Source of the DNA: Octopus vulgaris | Lineage: Eukaryota | DNA length: 64,000 nt | Reading direction: 5' to 3' | Assembly: GCA_951406725.2 (NCBI GenBank) | Contig: OX597814.1 | Span: 198,834,001-198,898,000 of the forward strand | In this document: positions 12,018 to 26,289 of the stretch, in pieces | Numbering within the stretch: position 1 is the first letter of the stretch | How the letters are laid out: every line of letters starts with the position of its first letter | Notes under the pieces: model-generated | Seen by the model: only the letters and a program-made list of their open reading frames with translations | Told to the model about the DNA's origin: nothing | The model's database searches: none | Program-made: the position numbers and the translations under genes

Positions 12018-12252
12018 GCTATGTGTGTGAGTGTCTTTATATCTATGTTCGTCCTCCACTACCGCTTGACAACTGGGGTTGATGTGTTTACGTCCCTGTA
12101 ACTTAGCGGTTCGGCAAAGAGAAACCAATTGAATAAATATCAAGCTTTAAAAAAAAATGTCCTGGCATCGATTTGTTCCACTAAAACCCTCCAAGGCGGT
12201 GCCGAAGCCTGGCTGTAACCAAATGACTGAAACAAGTAAAAGAATAAAAGAA
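11990..12252 (+). mobile_element. 3' half of central-microsatellite SINE
   Basis: gcttgacaac...ttagcggttcggcaaag...aaatgactgaaacaagtaaaag. Confidence 0.8.
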
Positions 12253-12850
12253 TGTAGACCAATTACCAGCCACGTTGCTTTAGCTTGATGTCAACATACA
12301 CCGTCCAGTAGTTCACAAATCTTTCCTTTTCTTTGCACGTACTGAATCAACTTTGATAAGTTTTCAAAAACTAAGCTGTCACGTCGCGGCTTAAACTACT
12401 ATTAGGTTTTGCCGATGTTTAAACTATTGTAACGTGTCTGGCACACGTAATGTCTCTCTCTTCTCTGTCTGTTTTCTCGTTAGTATAATCAGTCGCTTCA
12501 TATGTTCGCATCTGTCTGGTCTTGTATCTTCTTCATTTAAGCACTGCGATCCTACTCGTCTCCCCGCCTCTTCTCACTCTCATTACATTCCACCACCATC
12601 GCTCTTCACTGCCTACTTCACCCAGCCTTCTTTCTCAGAACATTATCCCACTGGAATTCTTTCACTGCTCAGAAGCCCATCGTATATATATATATATATA
12701 TATACGGGTGTGTGTGATTGTGTATAGAAGAATATATTAATAAAAGGAATTCCAACCTTGTCTGATTTTCACGTTTTATTTACAATCTTATAATGATATA
12801 ATATAAGATAATATAATATAGTAAAATAAAATAAAATAATAGAATGTTAA

Positions 12851-12938
<88 letters not shown>

Positions 12939-12956
12939 TTGTTTTTGTAAATCCTT

Positions 12957-13007
<51 letters not shown>

Positions 13008-14112
13008 GTGTGTGTAACTCCCAATAACACATGTATCATTTTAAACGGAACATTAGTGATGTGAATTGCTCTCAAAGAACCTTCAAAGTAACCGACACTG
13101 CCCCTTCCTTCAGTTGCAGCAAATAACAAAAGATCGCAGCTTAACATCGCAAGAAAAGTTTACCAGTCGTTATACAATAGCTCCACATCTTACAAGCCAA
13201 AGTAGCTTATTCGTTTGCACATCTTTTCATCTGTTTATATAACATCACTACTACAAAAGCCACTTTTATTTATCTAATCTGAACTGAGATGCGTGTGTAG
13301 ATAGATGAATTGGCCAGGTCTCAAAACTATGTTCGTTTTACTTTTCAGAAATGAAATTATCCGCTCTATACGCGTGTGACATTCAAAATGACCAACTATT
13401 AATATTCAGATATAGAGCTTTGTTCTTATAAATGTTGTCGTTTTAAAATCTTATGTATTGTCGATTGATTTAATTCTGCTACTGACACTTTTTACGAATT
13501 GAATGTAGAGACAGCTTTCTTATATTACTTGAACTGTCATCTTTTCGATAACACATGAATTACTGTGAATATTAATTTATATTATTGTTCACTGTTTTAT
13601 ACAACTTAAAATAAGACTGGCAAAAAAATATTCTGCTATCTTCGAAGTTGGACATTATTGGATTGGCTCCAGTTTGGTCATCATTCTTACTCTACCAGAT
13701 ACATATAATGCCACACAGTGCTTCCTTATATGCCGAAATATCTATTCTATACATTTTACGTCTTTAAATTCTTGGGTATAATTGGGGTGGTAATTACAAA
13801 ATTGGAATAAAATTAATTCTGTCAGCTTTAATTAAATATTTGCTATTTTGAAAACAAATAATAATATTGAAGCTTTTAATATATTCTTTCGAATTTAGAC
13901 ACAAAACTAGCAATTCTAAGGCAGGAAAGAGTCTACTGCATCGACCTCTGTTTTGAAATGTCACTTAATTTTATCGGCCACCGAAGGGACTAAAAGTGAA
14001 GTCGATCTCGGCGAAACTTGAACTCAGAACATGAAGAAATGCCGCTAAGCATGTTGTGCGGCGCGGTAACAATTCTGTTAACTCACTGCCTTAACGATAT
14101 TAGCACATCAAA

Positions 14113-14708
14113 AGGCGGTGAGCTGGCAGAAACGTTAGCACGCCGGGCGAAATGTCTAGCGGTATTTCGTTTGCTGTTACGTTCTGAGTTCAAATTCTGC
14201 CGAGGTTGACTTTGCCTTTCATCCTTTTGGGATCGATTAAATAAGTACCAGTTTCGCACTGGGGTCGAGAAAATCGACTTAATCCGTTTGTTTGTCCACT
14301 CTGTGTCTAGCTCCTTGTGGGTAGTAAAGAAATACGTATTTCGTCTGCCGCTGCGTTCTGAATTCAAATTCCGCCGAGGTCGACTTTGCCTTTCATCCTT
14401 CTGGGGTCGATTAAATAAGTACCAGTTACGCACTGGGGTCAATATAATCGACTTAATCACTTTGTCTGTCCTTGTTTGTCCTCTCGGTGTTTAGCCCCTT
14501 GTGGGTAGTAAAGAAACAGAAATAGGTATTTCGTCTACCGTTACGTTCTGAGTTCAAATTCCGCCAAGGTCGACTTTGCCTTTCATCCTTTCGAGGTCGA
14601 TTAAATAAGTACCAGTTACGCACTGGGGTCGATATAATCGAATTAATTCGTTTGTCTGTCCTTGTTTGTCCTCTCTGTGTTTAGCCTCTTGTGGGTAGTA
14701 AAGAAATA
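14113..14708 (+). mobile_element. SINE multimer: one head plus 3 tandem bodies within one TSD
   Basis: ~185-bp unit x3; TSD gatattag(c/t)acatcaaa at 14096-14112 and 14709-14725. Confidence 0.92.
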
Positions 14709-15211
14709 GATATTAGTACATCAAATGTTATTAAAACAATGGCCGAGCGCTAAATCATTTTATTTTATCATATAAAATTATTTTGCACTAAATTTGAATC
14801 GGACTTAATTCTTGAATTAGAAATAAACATAAAACATATAAACTAATCGGTCATTCAATACACAATGATGTATAAAGAGAGAATATCTCTTCTGAGAAAG
14901 TAACTACAGAGGAGGTCTTTCTACGTTTGAGTGTACACAAATATGTTACACAAGATGGTACACAACATTATTTTAATCCCAACTACTTCGTGTGTACCTT
15001 TAATTAGTAGTTCAATTCATAATAAGCTTCACCTGAAAACTTTTCTTGAATTAAACTATTCAGAATATCCAAGCATTAATCAGCCTTCCTGTGTGTGTAT
15101 TGCATCTGCCATGGTAACTCTCTCTAATTGCTTTTATACTCTGATGAGAGTTTTCCTCCTGATCTATGTTAACTTTCGCAAGGATGTCTGGTAGGGGATG
15201 CAAGTGACTCT

Positions 15212-16195
15212 AGATATTTTTTTTTTCTTTATTGCCCACAAGGGGCTAAACATAGAGAGGACAAACAAGGACAGACAAACGGATTAAGTCGATTACATCG
15301 ACCCCAGTGCGAAACTGGTACTTATTTAATCAACCCCGAAAAGATGAAAGGCAAAGTTGACCTCGGCGGAATTTGAACTCAGAACGTAACGGTAGACGAA
15401 ATACCTATTTCTATTTCTTTACTACCCACAAGGGGCTAAACACAGAGGGGACACACAAGGACAGACAAACGGATTAAGTCAATTATATCGACCCCAGTGC
15501 GTAACTGGTACTTATTTAATCAACCCCGAAAGGATGCAAGGCAGAATCGACCTCGTCGGAATTTGAACTCAGAACATAGCAGCAGTCGAAATACCTATTT
15601 CTTTACTGCCCAGAAGGAGCTAAACACAGAGAGGACAAAAAAGGACAGAAAAACGGATTAAGGCGATTATATCGACCCCAGTGCGTAACTGGTACTTATT
15701 TAATCGACCCCGAAAGGATGCAAGGCAGAATCGACCTCGGCGGAAGTTGAACTCAGAACATAGCAGCAGACGAAATACCAATTTCTTTACTGCCCAGAAG
15801 GAGCTAAACACAGAGAGGACAAACAATGACAGAAAAACGGATTAAGTCGATTATATCGACCCCAGTGCATAACTGGTACTTATTTAATCGACCCCGAAAG
15901 GTTGCAAGGCAGAATCGACCTCGGCGGAATTTGAACTCAGGACGTAGCAGCAGACGAAATACCTATTTCTTTACTGCCCAGAAGGAGCTAAACACAGAGA
16001 GGACAAACAATGACAGAAAAACGGATTAAGTCGATTATATCGACCCAAGTGCGTAACTGGTACTTATTTAATCAACCCCGAAAAGATGCAAGGCAAAGTC
16101 GACCTCGGCGGAATTTGAACTCAGAACGTAACGGCAGACGAAATACCGCTAAGCATTTCACCCGACGTGCTAACGATTCTGCCAGCTCGCCGCCT
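15212..16195 (-). mobile_element. SINE multimer: one head plus 5 tandem bodies within one TSD
   Basis: ~184-bp unit x5; TSD tgcaagtgactct at 15199-15211 and 16196-16208. Confidence 0.92.
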
Positions 16196-16702
16196 TGCAA
16201 GTGACTCTGGGGATTATGGAATCTTACGTTGGTGTTTGCTTTATCCTTTATGTTTGGAAAGATACATTTTGAGACCTAGAACAGGCGAAGATAACACATA
16301 AAGAATATTTCTACTGCCGAAGATCTTCCCACGTCCAAGTGCACTGTATTGGTAAATATAATTTTACACGAATCTGTCTCTTTCTCTGCCTCTCTCAGTC
16401 TGTCTGTCTGTCTCTCTTTCTTTCTCGATGCAGTAAGACAACAGAGTAACGCCGTTAGCAGGCGTAGTTAGGAAGCTAAAGGAGGACGGTGAATTAAAAT
16501 AAAATAAAAGCACAAAAAAATACAGTAAAAAGTAGTAGAATATAAGGAGATATGAGGAGCTTTCATTTCATGTTGTAGTTTTATAGTTATAAAAGTTTCC
16601 TGAATGTAAAAGTCTAAGGATACATAAAATGTTTATGTTTATAGAAGTAGTTATAAATGTAAATACGTAGACAAACAGAGACAGGTAGGCAGATATATAT
16701 AC

Positions 16703-16733
<31 letters not shown>

Positions 16734-16820
16734 TGTAGGTCCCGGGTTGATTCGGGGTTAACCACAGTAAGTAAGGTACTCAATACATAGCAGAGTAAAA
16801 TTAATTTATTATATAGAAGG

Positions 16821-16871
16821 AGCTTCTACAGGACTAGTACTGTTTCATTCAAGAGAAATCTTCAGGAAGCT
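16821..16871 (-). ncRNA. Type I hammerhead ribozyme (canonical core)
   Basis: AGCTTC-CTGAAGA-TTTCTCTTGAAT-GAAA-CAG-TACTAGTC-CTG-TA-GAAGCT on the minus strand. Confidence 0.88.
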
Positions 16872-17199
16872 ATTTAACAAGAATTGTATTAGCATTTATA
16901 CATTTAGGCAGGTTTAAAGGAGTGGTGGTGGGGGACTTTTTGGGGGTAGGCATAGCGCAAAATATCATACTTGGGGGAGTGGTCAAGGAGTCAGTGGTAA
17001 GTTAGATGAAAGAATAGATAAATAAAAAAATAAAAAAATAAAAAAATAAAAAATATATATAAAAAATATATATATAAAAAAATATATATATAAAAAAAGG
17101 GGGGATAGAGTTATAGGTAAATAAGGAGATTCTCACTTATACCTATACACACATGTATACGTATCTACACACACATATATATACACATATATATATATA

Positions 17200-17233
<34 letters not shown>

Positions 17234-17557
17234 TATACACATACATATATACACACATACATACATATCTACATACACACATACATACACCCGCCCACAT
17301 ATACAAATTTATACACATGCACATGCCTATACCTGTCTACACATACACACACGTATATATGCATACACTCACTCCCATGCATGCACGCATACACACATGT
17401 ATATATATATATATATATACCCACGACCACACATACATATATACACAGAAAAATATATATTCATACGCACATACACTCATGCACACACAACACACCTAGT
17501 TCCCTATATACACATATCTACACCTATATATACATACACCCACATACACCTATGTAC

Positions 17558-17588
<31 letters not shown>

Positions 17589-17699
17589 CACGCATACATA
17601 TATATACATGTGTGCACATACATACATACACACATATACATACACATACACTTACACATGTGTACCTATACATACCTACACATACACACATACATACAT

Positions 17700-17736
<37 letters not shown>

Positions 17737-18124
17737 CCAATACAGGCCCATTCCCTAATTTTAATTTTATTATCTTCATTTATTACTTTTGTTATCTTTG
17801 ATCGCTAGGGCTAAGAATCCTGGCTATGGCTGCATGTCCATTTGTCTGTCTACTAGAAGGCAAGTACTCATTCCCGCACGCACACTCATTAGCACGTACA
17901 TTCACCCATTCGTACACTCATACACATACACGTACGCACGCGTTATATTCATACATACAAACATCTACATACGTTCACGTATATACACATACGTACTCGT
18001 ACCTACAGATTCGTGTCTACACTTTAGGAGGCTAGTCTATACAAATACACCAATAAATATACATATATATATATATATACACACATACACATACACACAC
18101 ACACATATATACTCCTACATACAG

Positions 18125-18175
<51 letters not shown>

Positions 18176-18369
18176 TATATACATACATATACATACATAC
18201 ACATACACACATACATATACACACACATACATACACATATATATACATACACAAACATATATACACACATATATATATACATACACACATACACACATAC
18301 ATACGTATACATACATACATACATCCATACATCCATACTTACATGCATTTATACGCATACACACACCCA

Positions 18370-18408
<39 letters not shown>

Positions 18409-18685
18409 TCACACATACATATACAAATCTACGCACTCACATACATACATACACGTATACACATACACGCACATACACATATACATGCGTACCCATACAC
18501 GTGCACACACGCACGCGCATCCATATATATACACACACACACATATATATACACGTGTGCAAGCATATATACATACTCATACACGCACACATACTTACAT
18601 ATACATATATGCACACACTTACACATATATATATACATACACATATACATGCATACATACATATATGCATACATACACACACGCA

Positions 18686-18745
<60 letters not shown>

Positions 18746-18890
18746 CATACACATACACATACATACACACATATACACATATATATATATATATATATGC
18801 ACATATACACCTCCATATATACACATATACATACATATACATACACGCACACATACATATATACATATACACTGATACACATACCCATAC

Positions 18891-18927
<37 letters not shown>

Positions 18928-19025
18928 TATACACATGCATATACTTATATCACTACATACTCACATATATAAACATATATACATATACACACATACATAT
19001 ATACATGTACATACACATACGTATG

Positions 19026-19093
<68 letters not shown>

Positions 19094-19425
19094 TACATAT
19101 ACACATATACATGTATACATACGCAAAATGGTACACATATATACACATACACACACACAGACAGATGCATATACATACATATATATATATATAAATTACA
19201 TATCTATATAAATACATACATACATAATACACATATACACACACATATATATACATTCATGCATATACATATACAAGTATACATACACATACATACACAC
19301 ACACGCGCACACATACATATACACACACACATATACAAATACATACATACACACATACACACGTGTATGTGTATATATGTGTACCATTTTGCGTATGTAT
19401 ACATGTATATGTGTATATGTATGTG

Positions 19426-19460
<35 letters not shown>

Positions 19461-19587
19461 GGGTATATATATGTATATATATATGTATGCATACGTATGT
19501 GTATGTACATGTATATATGTATGTGTGTATATGTATATATGTTTATATATGTGAGTATGTAGTGATATAAGTATATGCATGTGTATA

Positions 19588-19618
<31 letters not shown>

Positions 19619-19765
19619 GTATGGGTATGTGTATCAGTGTATATGTATATATGTATGTGTGTGTATGTATATGTATGTATATGTGTATATATGTATGTGT
19701 ATGTGTGCATATATATATATATATATGTGTATATGTGTGTATGTATGTGTATGTGTATGTATGTG

Positions 19766-19808
<43 letters not shown>

Positions 19809-20088
19809 GAGTGCGTGTGTGTATGTATGCATATATGTATGTATGCATGTATATGTGTATGTATATATATGTGTGTAAGTGTGTGCATATATGTATATGT
19901 AAGTATGTGTGCGTGTATGAGTATGTATGTATGCTTGCACACGTGTATATATATGTGTGTGTGTGTATATATATGGATGCGCGTGCGTGTGTGCACGTGT
20001 ATGGGTACGCATGTATATGTGTATGTGCGTGTATGTGTATACGTGTATGTATGTATGTGTGTGCGTAGATTTGTATATGTATGTGTGA

Positions 20089-20125
<37 letters not shown>

Positions 20126-20309
20126 TGGGTGTGTGTATGCGTATAAATGCATGTAAGTATGGATGTATGTATGTATGTATGTATGTATACGTATGTATGT
20201 GTGTATGTGTGTATGTATATATATATGTGTGTATATATGTTTGTGTATGTATATATATGTGTATGTATGTGTGTGTATATGTATGTGTGTATGTGTATGT
20301 ATGTATATG

Positions 20310-20363
<54 letters not shown>

Positions 20364-20757
20364 TATGTATCTGTATGTAGGAGTATATATGTGTGTGTGT
20401 GTATGTATATGTGTGTATATATATATATATATGTATATTTATTGGTGTATTGTATAGACTAGCCTCCTAAAGTGTAGACACGAATCTGTAGGTACGAGTA
20501 CGTATGTGTATATACGTGAACGTATGTAGATGTTTGTATGTATGAATATAACGCGTGCGTACGTGTATGTGTATGAGTGTACGAATGGGTGAATGTACGT
20601 GCTAATGAGTGTGCGTGCGGGAATGAGTACTTGCCTTCTAGTAGACAGACAAATGGACATGCAGCCATAGCCAGGATTCTTAGCCCTAGCGATCAAAGAT
20701 AACAAAAGTAATAAATGAAGATAATAAAATTAAAATTAGGGAATGGGCCTGTATTGG

Positions 20758-20794
<37 letters not shown>

Positions 20795-20905
20795 ATGTAT
20801 GTATGTGTGTATGTGTAGGTATGTATAGGTACACATGTGTAAGTGTATGTGTATGTATATGTGTGTATGTATGTATGTGCACACATGTATATATATGTAT
20901 GCGTG

Positions 20906-20936
<31 letters not shown>

Positions 20937-21250
20937 GTACATAGGTGTATGTGGGTGTATGTATATATGGGTGTAGATATGTGTATATAGGGAACTAGGT
21001 GTGTTGTGTGTGTATGAGTGTATGTGCGTATGAATATATATTTTTCTGTGTATATATGTATGTGTGGTCGTGGGTATATATATATATATATATACATGTG
21101 TGTATGCGTGCATGCATGGGAGTGAGTGTATGCATATATACGTGTGTGTATGTGTAGACAGGTATAGGCATGTGCATGTGTATAAATTTGTATATGTGGG
21201 CGGGTGTATGTATGTGTGTATGTAGATATGTATGTATGTGTGTATATATG

Positions 21251-21291
<41 letters not shown>

Positions 21292-21613
21292 ATATATATA
21301 TGTGTATATATATGTGTGTGTAGATACGTATACATGTGTGTATAGGTATAAGTGAGAATCTCCTTATTTACCTATAACTCTATCCCCCCTTTTTTTATAT
21401 ATATATTTTTATATATATATTTTTTATATATTTTTTTATTTTTTTATTTTTTTATTTTTTTATTTATCTATTCTTTCATCTAACTTACCACTGACTCCTT
21501 GACCACTCCCCCAAGTATGATATTTTGCGCTATGCCTACCCCCAAAAAGTCCCCCACCACCACTCCTTTAAACCTGCCTAAATGTATAAATGCTAATACA
21601 ATTCTTGTTAAAT

Positions 21614-21664
21614 AGCTTCCTGAAGATTTCTCTTGAATGAAACAGTACTAGTCCTGTAGAAGCT
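21614..21664 (+). ncRNA. Type I hammerhead ribozyme (canonical core), identical to 16821-16871
   Basis: AGCTTC-CTGAAGA-TTTCTCTTGAAT-GAAA-CAG-TACTAGTC-CTG-TA-GAAGCT; an extra 3' half lies at ~21758-21786. Confidence 0.88.
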
Positions 21665-21801
21665 CCTTCTATATAATAAATATATATATATATATGTAGG
21701 TTCCGGGTTGAATCGGGGTTAACCACAGTAAATAAGGTACTCAATACATAGCAGAGTAATGAAACAGTTCTAGTCCTGTAGAAGCTCCTTCTATATAATA
21801 A

Positions 21802-21889
<88 letters not shown>

Positions 21890-22011
21890 GTATATATATA
21901 TATATGTTAATAGTAATAGTATGACAACAAAAGAATGAATAAGACCTCGATATTATGTAAATAGAGGTCTTTATCTGTAATATAATATGTGACAATTATT
22001 CGGTTGTCATA

Positions 22012-22070
22012 ATAAAACTCCAAGTTTCCGATGTTGGGGCGGAAATCTGCTCTTGCATCTCGTCAGTTAT
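22012..22070 (-). ncRNA. Type I hammerhead motif in a short (TA)n-flanked unit (~21905-22070)
   Basis: Minus strand ATAA-CTGACGA-GATG...CATC-G-GAAA-CTTGGAG-TT-TTAT, with one extra G before GAAA. Confidence 0.6.
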
Positions 22071-22080
22071 ATATGTGTAT

Positions 22081-22520
22081 ACTAGCATTAAAGACCCGTC
22101 GTTGCCGGGTCATAGAGCTAGTGCATGTATATATGTGTATATATATGTGTACATATTACATGTACATCTATATATATACATCTACACATAAAATACAAAA
22201 TACGAAGTTATATCTTGATATCGCTAGTGATAACAATACTCAAAATATGTAACAGACTGGAATTGTTAGCCCGTCTCTTGTAATTTCGATCAATTGTATC
22301 TTGTCCCCCCTCTTGTATAGGAGTGTGGCTACAATCCAGCTTACCTCTACTTCGGTGTGGGGGGTGGGGCATTTAAAATTTTTTTTCCGGGACGTCCTAC
22401 GTCCCAGATATAAAGGTAAAAGTAAAATATTTCCACTTTGCAAGTTCGAGTCGAGTACTCCCTTGCACGCTCCGTTGACTCGAACCTTGCTTCTATTGTG
22501 GCGAATTTACCGCCTCTGAT
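22081..22520 (-). mobile_element. Helitron-like remnant (3' terminus at ~22081)
   Basis: Minus strand acccggcaacgacgggt hairpin followed by tctttaatgCTAGt; the upstream extent is uncertain. Confidence 0.5.
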
Positions 22521-22531
22521 TAGATATGTAC

Positions 22532-22595
<64 letters not shown>

Positions 22596-22690
22596 GTACA
22601 TATATAAGTATATATGTGCAAATGTATATATATGTGTGTGTGAGCGTGCATGCTTGTGTATATATATATATGCATATACATGTTTATGTA

Positions 22691-22725
<35 letters not shown>

Positions 22726-25700
22726 GTATGTGTGTCTGTGCGTATATAATGTATGTCGGTTTATTAGGTATAGGAATATACATTTACAACAAAACTGATA
22801 TTCTTTGATGGACTCATTTGATTTGAATCTAATGACCCATAAAACACTTGAAAACTTTACCACCTGTTATCTGTTAGATGATCCGTTTCAAATAAAACAA
22901 TATTTGTGATCAAGAAGGTTAAATATATGCTTTACCGTCTTAATCGTTTCGCTCTCTCTATGGCCGACCTTTTCAGAAATAAACATTCTATTATTATATG
23001 GCCTCTCCAAGGTTTCATAAGTAATGAATTGCTAGTGCTTCTTAGTAATGCTGAAGTTATTCGACTGTAAATATACTTCTGTAAAGAGATAGGCTTCGAT
23101 TATATTTGTAACTTAATGTCTGTGCACATATAATTGTTCAAGTCGAGCGGAAATGTGAATATTTTACTGATAACTTATGAATGACAATAATAATGATCAA
23201 TTGTTAAATAAAATTAACCAAGTTGAAAATTGAATATTACAAAGACAGAATATATCTTCGTCTGTGTCTGGTATCGGTAGCTAATATTGCCGAATATTTA
23301 CGCAAATATAATTTCTCTTTAAGTATTTGTGTCTGAGAATATTTGATAATTAATTACCAGGTTATATCTCCAGCTGACACTTTCATATTCCTCCATTGGT
23401 TTCCGTCACCCAGTTAACTCTTTCTAAAGACAGTATTTAAAAGATATATATATCTGAATAAGGCGTATATGAAGCTGTTCTTTCTTCTCTTCAATTGTTT
23501 TCTCGCTTGGTCAAATGAGGAAGATCAACGCCCATAGCCACGTTGCGGACTTTTGAGACTGGTTGGTTGAATCGAGGGCTAAACCGCAATTTCTCGGTTA
23601 CTTTCACAGGGGAAAAGTGATTTAAACTTATTCAACAGGGTGATCTTTGCTTCGTTATGTTAGTATTAGTCCAACTGCTTTAGTCATCGTTTGTAATATT
23701 ATAACCATTTGAAATATAGTGTCAAATGAAAATTTCATATTTAAATTTCTTTACTTCCAAAGACGTATAAAATATTTGTTTCATGCTGACAAATACAATT
23801 TTTAAATATCCATTACCGTCCAAACAGAATTTCAGATATTCATAGTAATGACATTAAGACATATTAATTTTTTTTCTGAATTTGTTCTTTGATGCAAACA
23901 GAAAAATTAATGGTTTTAATAGCAGTCACTGTCCAAAGGAGCTTTTAATGTAAACCGCTGTAAAGATCTAAAATAAAATAAAAACGTCTGTTTAAAAATG
24001 CAACAAGTGAAACAACATCAAAATATAAATTCTTCAAAACTAGAAATAAGAACAAAAAGACAAAAAAAAAAATGAACCGCCTCTGCATAAATGCTTTTAT
24101 TTGCTAGAAGGGTTTAATCAAAAGTCTGTGAGTTATTTTCAATATCACAGATCGTTAAGCGCTTTCACAGAGACGTAACATGGAAAATGATAGAAGTTTC
24201 TAGCGAACTGATATTTTTGCATTAAAAAAACAACAACTTTTTATCGATTGTTATCGATTAAACTAACGCGGACATTATCGTCCATTGTTACAATGAAGCT
24301 TTTATAAAGTAATTTTAATTACTCAAACAAAGAAAAGACATTCTGGGGCATGGTGTAAAAATAAATTTTTGTATTGTAATATTGGTCTGAGATCAGCTTA
24401 AGCCAACTGGATTTGTAACTCAGTTAGATTTATTATCATGAACTTTTCGAAAAGAAAAAAATATGTCCAAATGTCTCACCGGTCACTCGGTACAAGCATG
24501 ACGTCATGATTCGATTCGTAATCGCATTGCTCAAATATAATCCCAAGGAACGCCAACCAGACTGTGAATATGAGAGCTAATGCATATATGTGTGTGAGTC
24601 TTTGAGTTCTCCCAGCCCATCACCGATTGACAAATGTGCTGGTTTGTTTACGTCCCCATAACATAGCGGCAAAAGAGGTTGATAGTACCACAATATAAAA
24701 ATCAGAACTAAGGTCAATGGGATCGTGTAAAGTCTTTGAGACCGTCATCCAGCAATCTCTCAATGCTGTGACTGAAACCAATGAAAGAGTTCCAAATATA
24801 TTTTGTCTCTTCTTAGCATCTATTTCACTTCAATTATTTTCAAACAATACAATCCAAATTTATCTCCTATTATAACAGAACACTTTCAATCTCTTGTGCG
24901 CTCTTTCACGAAATATCTTTTCAGAAATCTGTACCAGTCTTCCAATATATGACCTTAGATCTTCATATAGGGCAAGCTTTCTGATCCTGCTAACTTGCGA
25001 TCTATCACTCTTCCTTGTAACATTTCAAAGGTGATAAAATCCGTCGATAAAATCGACCATTATTCCAAGTGAATCCCTTTGCATTTGAGAGCCTCAACTA
25101 ATTTTATATCTTTGCACTTGATACCAGCAAATATTTCGACGCATTTCGTGTGATGCCCTTCGAATGTATCTGATTGTTTGGGATCTGAAGCGTCTCGTAA
25201 TACTACGCTATTGCTATGTATTAAAGCATGCGCAGAATGGTTAGAGCGTTAGAGGGAATAGCTTGCTGTACTTCTAAAGTGTCCACGTTTTGAGTTCAAA
25301 TCCTACTGAAAACAAATTTATCTTTCATCCTTTAGGATGTCGATAAAATAAAGAACTGGTCAAGCGTTGATATTGCTTAAGCCTTCTTCTCTTGAGTGCT
25401 GGACTTGTTCCTGAACAAACAAAAAAACAAAACAAGACAAAACACCCCCCCAAAAACAGAAGTTTTATTATCTGCAAAAGTCTGCGAGCTGGCAGAGTCG
25501 TTACAGCGTCGGAGAAAATGCTTTGTCACATTTTTACGGATTCATTACATTCTCAGTTCAAATTCCGCCGAAGTCAACTCTGTCCAATAATCCCTCCTGG
25601 ACCGATAAAATAAAGAATCAGTCAAGTATTGGAGTCGAACGTATCCACTCAAAACTGCTTTGCGTCAAATTATGAAATCTTTGTTATTACCAGCAGACGT

Positions 25701-26289
25701 AATAGTATTATTAGTAGTAGAATAAATGACTATTGCAAATTAGGCATGTGCCAATGACTGGTTTAATTAACTTTTGATCAATTACATAATAATTTATTTT
25801 TCCTATTTACCATTTTGTTTTATATATTTTCCTCCCATTCTAATTGTTATTGATCATCAATCTTTACTCATCATTCTGCATCATCATTCTCAATAATGAT
25901 GATTTCTACTGTCGAGTGAAATGAGAAAAGCCACACATTCATATCATATGTACACGTGATAAGAGATGCGAAGAAAGTTCTAGTTTCGAGGATTTTCAGT
26001 TGTTTTATCATACCATTTCGCGTAGCAAATATACGGAGTCTCGAAGTAAACGTCACGGTATTTTGTTATGTGCAGCGAGTTCAAAGTTTAGTAATATTTC
26101 CTTTAATATTCTTTTAATGAGAAAGCTAGTAAATAGGCATCAACTTTGTGTACGTGTTGAAATATTCCAATATATCAACTTTTTACCAATAAGTGTATTT
26201 CTGTTCAATTCCATTTTCCATCCATTATTCCTTTTAGTGGAGTCCTCAGGCGTCTCCTCTTTTGTGTCCTATCAGAAGCAACCATCATT

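Larger units (their letters stand above)
16731..21803. mobile_element. ~5-kb fold-back element with terminal hammerhead-bearing pseudo-LTRs
   Basis: Arms ~16805-19152 and ~19363-21681 are reverse complements, including unique islands (17735-18050 vs 20440-20762), with a ~210-bp spacer. Confidence 0.88.

Noticed and set aside
14113-16195. CRISPR-like or satellite interpretation of the periodic repeats
   Set aside because: The units are ~184-bp SINE bodies without unique spacers, in a eukaryotic context with no cas genes.
17789-19426. 545-aa ORF and the many overlapping Y/I/H/T/C/V-rich ORFs
   Set aside because: These are translations of stop-poor (CA/TA/TG)n microsatellite with no domain signal. 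The same applies to ORFs at 2.5, 11-13, 22.5, 30.5 and 51.2 kb.
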